From positions 73,534 through 137,533 of the forward strand of contig NZVD01000060.1 of NCBI GenBank assembly GCA_002701385.1: a DNA stretch of 64,000 bases, read 5' to 3'. Made by a program: the position numbers and the translations under genes. Positions 59,101 through 64,000 of this stretch are shown here, one piece after another. The notes under the pieces are model-generated. The model searched no databases. It was given only the letters and a program-made list of their open reading frames with translations, and had not been told where the DNA came from. The DNA comes from Rhodopirellula sp. Its GTDB lineage: Bacteria > Planctomycetota > Planctomycetia > Pirellulales > Pirellulaceae. How positions within the stretch are numbered: the stretch's first letter is position 1; each line of letters begins with the position of its first letter.

Positions 59101-59526
59101 ATGCACATTCCTAGTTACGCCAGATCGAAAGAAGTCGGCTTTAACATGACACCGATGATTGATGTCGTGTTCCTGCTGATCATTTTCTTTCTCGTTTCCA
59201 GCCATCTGGCCAAACAGGAATCCCAGATGGAAATTGATTTACCGAATGCCGAATCCGGCCTGGAATCCGAAGTCAGTACGACTCCCAGAATCGTAATCAA
59301 CGTAACCAGTTCCGGCCAGTTATTAATCTCTGGTCGCCGTGTCTCTGAATTCGAAGTAGAAGACCGGCTTGTTGAGCATGTGCAGAATAACGGTCCCAAT
59401 GTCGAAGTACGTATTCGAAGTGATCGTCAAATCCCCTTCGCACAGGTCCGACCGGTCATGCTGGCCTGCGCCAAAATGGGCATTTGGAATGTTGCGTTCT
59501 CGGTTTACCCGAATGAGGGACGGTAA
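59101..59526 (+). CDS. exbD: ExbD/TolR-family biopolymer transport protein
   Basis: N-terminal TM helix with the conserved Asp (MTPMIDVVFLLIIFFLV). Periplasmic domain typical of ExbD (VEVRIRSDRQIPFAQVRPVMLACAKMG). Confidence 0.85.
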   Translation: MHIPSYARSKEVGFNMTPMIDVVFLLIIFFLVSSHLAKQESQMEIDLPNAESGLESEVSTTPRIVINVTSSGQLLISGRRVSEFEVEDRLVEHVQNNGPNVEVRIRSDRQIPFAQVRPVMLACAKMGIWNVAFSVYPNEGR

Positions 59527-59528
59527 CC

Positions 59529-59978
59529 ATGAAACGACCCTCCATATTCAACGGTTCACGGCGGGAACTAGAAATCAAAATGACCCCCATGATCGACGTC
59601 GTCTTCCTACTGTTGGTCTTTTTTGTTTGGACAGCCAGTTTTCATGCCGTCGAATATCTATTGCCCAGTTCGCTTAGTCAAAAACAAGGCACTGGACAAA
59701 CCGTGAATGTCGATGAGCCACCACCGGAGATTGAATTCGAAGATATCGTTGTACGCATCTCGTTTACCAACAATCAACCAGCTTGGTCTGTTAATGGACA
59801 ACCAGTGGCAAGTCTCTCGGAAGTACGAAGTCGACTAGCCTTAGTCGCCGACATTAAAATAGATTCGCCTGTCATCCTTCACCCGGACGAAACTGTGCCA
59901 GTAGGAAACGTGATTGATGTTTACGACGCCACCCGGCTTGCCGGATTCACCCAAATTCAGTTTGCCATTGCCGAATGA
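59529..59978 (+). CDS. exbD: ExbD/TolR-family biopolymer transport protein (second paralog)
   Basis: MTPMIDVVFLLLVFFVW TM helix with the conserved Asp. Periplasmic domain (VILHPDETVPVGNVIDVYDATRLAG). Starts 2 nt after the previous stop. Confidence 0.85.
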   Translation: MKRPSIFNGSRRELEIKMTPMIDVVFLLLVFFVWTASFHAVEYLLPSSLSQKQGTGQTVNVDEPPPEIEFEDIVVRISFTNNQPAWSVNGQPVASLSEVRSRLALVADIKIDSPVILHPDETVPVGNVIDVYDATRLAGFTQIQFAIAE

Positions 59979-62443
59979 AAAATCGCATCCTCGCATTTCT
60001 AGTTTTGTTCTGCTGCTGTGTCACTGCGTACGCAGATCCACAGGATGAAACCGCGTTGTTGGAGGGACTGCAGCAACGAGGGCTGTTCAGTCTGGTTGAA
60101 TATCAGTGTCGTTCAAAAATCAATGATCCGGCATCTTCGGCCCGAACCAGAATGGAATGGACGGTTCACCTAATCAATGCATTTTCTCAAAATGCTTTAC
60201 GTCATCCGTCCGATCAACGAGAACCCTATTGGAAACGAGCACGAGACACGGCCGCAGACTTTGTTGCCAAGCATCCCAACGACCCGTTGGTGATCCCCGT
60301 CAAACTACAAGCGGCGCTCGTACTCTCTGCCAACGGTGAACTACTCAGGCTCGAGTCAACCATTTCTAAATCAGCGGGCGTTCAGCGAGAGTACTCGCGG
60401 GAACAACTAAGGCTAGCCACACGTGCACTCAGTGAATTGGATATAGAAATTCGCGACTTTCTCCCTCAGGTGAATCAGGAGGCAACCGAGGACCAGTTAT
60501 CTCAAGCAGAACTATTATCAATACAGCAAAACCTCCAATATCAGTTGGCTCGTACCTACCGGAATCAGGCAAATACCTATGCCGACGGTACAAACGATCA
60601 AATCGCTTCCTTACAACGAGCAATAACCGCCCTAAAAAAACCACTCACTCAACTAGCCGATGAAGATCCTCTGGTAGCCAATCTCTATCTGGCATTACTC
60701 GCATGCCACCGCGAACTCAAGCAATTCGACGAAGCAAACTCTGCTATATCGAAACTCCAGGAGCTTCCGCTTACACCGGTCACAAGGCTCAAACTACGAG
60801 CGGAAAGTGTCCGACTATCGCTAGACACAGGCGACCTGGAATCTGCCTTGAAGTCGCTCAACGCACCACATACTTCTAAAGCAACGTTAGTGCCCGAATT
60901 CGATCTTGCGCACTTAGATGCTCGTATCTATTTCTGGAGTAAAGCCGCCAAAGAAGAAAATCTAAAACAGGCTGAGAATTATCAGCAACAGTCCGTCCTC
61001 ACCGTGAAATATATCGAAGAGCTACATGGACCCTATTGGGGACGTGTCGCTGAGCTTCGTCTTTTACGCTTCGCCGGTATGAACGGCGATAATACCAATC
61101 TGGCAGTATTAGAACGAACGGCAGACGATCTCTATCGGAAAGAGAAGCTGACCGAAGCCATTGCCGCTTATGATGCCACGGCTGAAGCGGCACGCAATGG
61201 AGGCGATAACGATCTCGCATTCCGGACCCTCTATAAAGCCGCCTTGATCGAACAAAAGCGAGGAAACACTGAAGCGTTTATCGAACGACTTACTACCACA
61301 GGCGTCCAGCTAAGAACCCACCAACAGGCACCCGCAGTGCATATGCTGGGCGTTCGAACTCTCATTGAATTACTCAACAAGGATCCCTCTCGTCAGCAAG
61401 ATTTTGAAACGCTACTGACAGAACACATAACCTATTTCGAACAGGGTAGCACGGTCGATCAGGCGGCTGTCTGGCTCGCAACCTTACAGCAACGACGCCA
61501 AAACTATGAAGAAGCCATTACGAACTACATGATCGTGCGGCCGGAATATCCAGATTATCCAACCATTATTTCCCATCTAGAGCAGTGTTGGGCTGTCCTT
61601 TTAAAAGACACACCCAATGAGGAATTACTATCGGTAGCGAAGCCCTTCATCGATCACTTGCGTTCGCTAATTTATGATGACTCCGATCAGATCCCGGACC
61701 AATGGAATAAAAACAGCCGCTACGCTGCCACGGCCTTGGCTGGATTCTTGCTCACCTATTCCACAGAGAATTACGACACGGCTGAATCGCTTTTGGCTGC
61801 GGCCAGCTCGGACGCCACGGACAAAAACTGGCTAGCTATCGCCAGCTCGCTACGTATCGTATCACTCGCTGCACAGGGCAAGAACAACGCCGCGCGTGAA
61901 CACATTAACGATCTAAAATCGAGTTCGCACGATCAATGGCTGCAAATGCTAGAGCAACTTCAGACCGTCTCGACCGGCGCTCCCGAAGCAACCGGAAAGG
62001 CAATCGCGCAGATGCAAATCCATCTGATTAATGAACTAACAGACCAATTAGTCGGTGTCATGCCTGACTTTAAAACCCGTTGGTATTTAATTGAAGCTGA
62101 AGCCTACATGCAGTCCGGAAATCTGAGTGATAGCCTCAAGAAATATCAGACTCTGGCCCAAAGGAATCCTCGCCACGGCCTGATTCAACTACGATATGCT
62201 CAGGCCCTGAGCCGCAGCGACGAACATTTCGAATCAGGGTTGATCCAATGGCGACGTATCCTACAGGGAAATCCACCGAAAAGTGATCGCTGGTACGAGG
62301 CGAAATATAATATCGCCAGTCTGTACCTCAGGGAAGGGAATCAGGAAGAAGCTCGAAAACAAATCCGATACCTAGAGGTCACCAGTGGCTTCGGCACCTG
62401 GGAGCAATCTTTTCAGGAACTCCTAAGACAAGCTAGTCCCTAG
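59975..62443 (+). CDS. Large secreted tetratricopeptide-repeat protein
   Basis: 822 aa with a signal peptide (ILAFLVLFCCCVTAYA) and TPR-like helical repeats throughout. The ATG overlaps the exbD stop (ATGA at 59975-59978). Confidence 0.7.
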   Translation: MKNRILAFLVLFCCCVTAYADPQDETALLEGLQQRGLFSLVEYQCRSKINDPASSARTRMEWTVHLINAFSQNALRHPSDQREPYWKRARDTAADFVAKHPNDPLVIPVKLQAALVLSANGELLRLESTISKSAGVQREYSREQLRLATRALSELDIEIRDFLPQVNQEATEDQLSQAELLSIQQNLQYQLARTYRNQANTYADGTNDQIASLQRAITALKKPLTQLADEDPLVANLYLALLACHRELKQFDEANSAISKLQELPLTPVTRLKLRAESVRLSLDTGDLESALKSLNAPHTSKATLVPEFDLAHLDARIYFWSKAAKEENLKQAENYQQQSVLTVKYIEELHGPYWGRVAELRLLRFAGMNGDNTNLAVLERTADDLYRKEKLTEAIAAYDATAEAARNGGDNDLAFRTLYKAALIEQKRGNTEAFIERLTTTGVQLRTHQQAPAVHMLGVRTLIELLNKDPSRQQDFETLLTEHITYFEQGSTVDQAAVWLATLQQRRQNYEEAITNYMIVRPEYPDYPTIISHLEQCWAVLLKDTPNEELLSVAKPFIDHLRSLIYDDSDQIPDQWNKNSRYAATALAGFLLTYSTENYDTAESLLAAASSDATDKNWLAIASSLRIVSLAAQGKNNAAREHINDLKSSSHDQWLQMLEQLQTVSTGAPEATGKAIAQMQIHLINELTDQLVGVMPDFKTRWYLIEAEAYMQSGNLSDSLKKYQTLAQRNPRHGLIQLRYAQALSRSDEHFESGLIQWRRILQGNPPKSDRWYEAKYNIASLYLREGNQEEARKQIRYLEVTSGFGTWEQSFQELLRQASP

Positions 62444-62464
62444 CGAATACGGTCTCATCACTGG

Positions 62465-63601
62465 CTATACCAAAGCTAGATTGTCTCGATGAATCACTTC
62501 TTCATAGGGACACTGCCCTAAGATCTGTTGGAATTCCTCACTGCGATGTCCGCGAATTTGCTCCAACTCATCCGAATTGTAATTGGTTAAGCCACGCGCC
62601 AATTCTTCGCCCGCTTCGTTACAGAGTTGAATGACATCACCTTTGTTGAAGTGCCCTTGATGCCCGATAATCCCAATGGCCAGCAAGCTGCTTCCTTCCT
62701 GTTGGATCGCGGCACAAGCACCTTTATCCAGCACAATCGTCCCTTGAGTTTGAGCTGAAAAACGTAACCAACGTTTCCAGGGAGACAGCGTTTTCCCCTC
62801 CGCAACAAACAGAGTGCCTAAGGATTCACCGGCCAGTATCCGCGTCAACACTTCGGATTCCCGCCCGTTGGCAATCACCGCATTCTCTCCAGCAGATGTC
62901 ACCATACGCACTGCCTGTAATTTGGAACCCATTCCGCCTGTTCCCAGCCCACCGGACGATTCCTGAACATATCCGGCGATCGTCTCATCTAAGGAAGTCA
63001 CCGTCGGCACCAATTCTGAAGTGTCATCTTCGGGATTGCCAGTAAATAGACCATCTACATCGGATAGGATGATGAGGAGCTGAGCTCCCAGGAGGTTTGT
63101 CACTAGGCCTGCCAACTGATCGTTGTCACCAAAGGTAGTTTGGAGTTCATCGACCGAAACAGTGTCGTTTTCATTAACTACGGGAATCACTTGAAGCTCG
63201 AGTAATTCCAACAGAGTATTACGGACATTAAGATAGCTGACACGGTCGTCCAGTTCATTCGCTGTTAGCAAAACCTGAGCGGCAAGACGCCCTTGTTCCT
63301 GGAAGAGCTTTTGGTAAGTTTGCATCAGATCGGTTTGCCCAACTGCTGCAATTGCCTGCAGCGTCGCGACATCCGTCGGTCTGGTTTCCATGCTCAGTCG
63401 ATTCATACCGGCGCCGACAGCACCTGAACTCACCAACACCACCTGTCGACCACTGTCAGCAATCGCGACTAATTGGTTCGCCAAGGCATTCATGCGTTGC
63501 AAATCTAGTTTCCCCTGCGCGTCGGTGAGTACGCGCGTGCCAACCTTCACCACAATTTTCTCTGCGGTTGCGGTCACTTCCTGACGCAATAGATCACTCA
63601 T
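62465..63601 (-). CDS. proB: Glutamate 5-kinase with C-terminal PUA domain
   Basis: Amino-acid kinase motifs KIVVKVGTRVLTD, LVSSGAVGAG and GDNDQLAG. C-terminal PUA-like segment (GDVIQLCNEAGEELARGLTNY). Confidence 0.9.
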   Translation of the reverse strand: MSDLLRQEVTATAEKIVVKVGTRVLTDAQGKLDLQRMNALANQLVAIADSGRQVVLVSSGAVGAGMNRLSMETRPTDVATLQAIAAVGQTDLMQTYQKLFQEQGRLAAQVLLTANELDDRVSYLNVRNTLLELLELQVIPVVNENDTVSVDELQTTFGDNDQLAGLVTNLLGAQLLIILSDVDGLFTGNPEDDTSELVPTVTSLDETIAGYVQESSGGLGTGGMGSKLQAVRMVTSAGENAVIANGRESEVLTRILAGESLGTLFVAEGKTLSPWKRWLRFSAQTQGTIVLDKGACAAIQQEGSSLLAIGIIGHQGHFNKGDVIQLCNEAGEELARGLTNYNSDELEQIRGHRSEEFQQILGQCPYEEVIHRDNLALV

Positions 63602-63662
63602 TCAATTCACCGGGGCCATACTTATAAGGACCTGTCAACTCGGTTGACCGACCAGAGGGAGA

Positions 63663-64000
63663 TTACAGTTTCTGGCCATTCCAACGCTGGAAGGCCTCGA
63701 GAGCTGGGAATTCGGGGAGTCCCAGGTCATTAAACTGTTTGGCTGTCGCCTTGTTTCGATCTTCAGCACGTTCCCAAAATTCCCGCGGATCCGACCCGGG
63801 GAACAGTGCCTCGTCCTTTTGGCTTTCGTGCTTAAAGATTGCTTTTCGTTTGGTCTGTTGATGACCGGGACTCAACGGAACGCTCAGGTCAATTTCATGA
63901 ATTGCATACTCATGCCACGCTCCTCGGTATAGCAATACCGCTGGTATTTTGTGTCCGCCTTCCTGAAGAACCTCAATGGCCTTGAATATGGCTTCTGCAC
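63663..64000 (-). CDS. C-terminal fragment of a larger protein (resembles the C-terminal domain of long-form glucosamine-6-phosphate deaminase-like proteins); 5' end lies outside the window
   Basis: The reading frame stays open upstream of the ORF-track TTG to the window edge (..AEAIFKAIEVLQEGGHKIPAVLLYRGAWHEY..). The motifs YRGAWHE, KAIFKHESQKD and DPREFWERAEDRN are recalled from that family but unverified. Confidence 0.45.
   Translation of the reverse strand, partial: AEAIFKAIEVLQEGGHKIPAVLLYRGAWHEYAIHEIDLSVPLSPGHQQTKRKAIFKHESQKDEALFPGSDPREFWERAEDRNKATAKQFNDLGLPEFPALEAFQRWNGQKL

Overview
This is a 64-kb, roughly 50% GC, densely coding chromosomal window. It holds about 50 protein genes on both strands, one tRNA and two clear intrinsic terminators. 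The gene content points to a member of the Planctomycetota. That is an inference from hallmark families: two PSCyt/DUF1549/DUF1553 plus Tat-signal DUF1501 gene pairs, sulfatases, DUF1080 proteins, LRR/TPR lipoproteins and a CRTAC1/ASPIC-UnbV protein. The genus cannot be determined without a database search. Housekeeping genes are rarA, pyrE, fabH, pepF, def-fmt, proB and tRNA-His. I see no CRISPR array, transposase, integrase, phage genes, toxin-antitoxin pair or recognisable defence system, and no compositional island by eye. The most unusual content is as follows. (1) At 56.0-62.4 kb, a protein with a TonB-type Ser-x3-His membrane anchor carries a vWA/MIDAS domain instead of a TonB C-terminal domain. 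It is followed by tightly coupled genes for ExbB, two ExbD and two large helical-repeat proteins, making a candidate uncharacterised proton-motive-force-driven envelope system. (2) A complete archaeal/eukaryote-type topoisomerase VI (top6B-top6A) lies at 32.2-35.5 kb. (3) There are several unusual domain fusions or variants: a sulfatase/alpha-beta-hydrolase fusion, a beta-lactamase-fold/DUF1080 fusion, a sulfatase with a non-canonical C-V-Q-T-R motif, a LysM/YkuD-like protein with Ser at the catalytic Cys position, and an NPCBM-like insert in a DUF1553 protein. All domain calls are by-eye motif recognition from the supplied translations; no searches were run.
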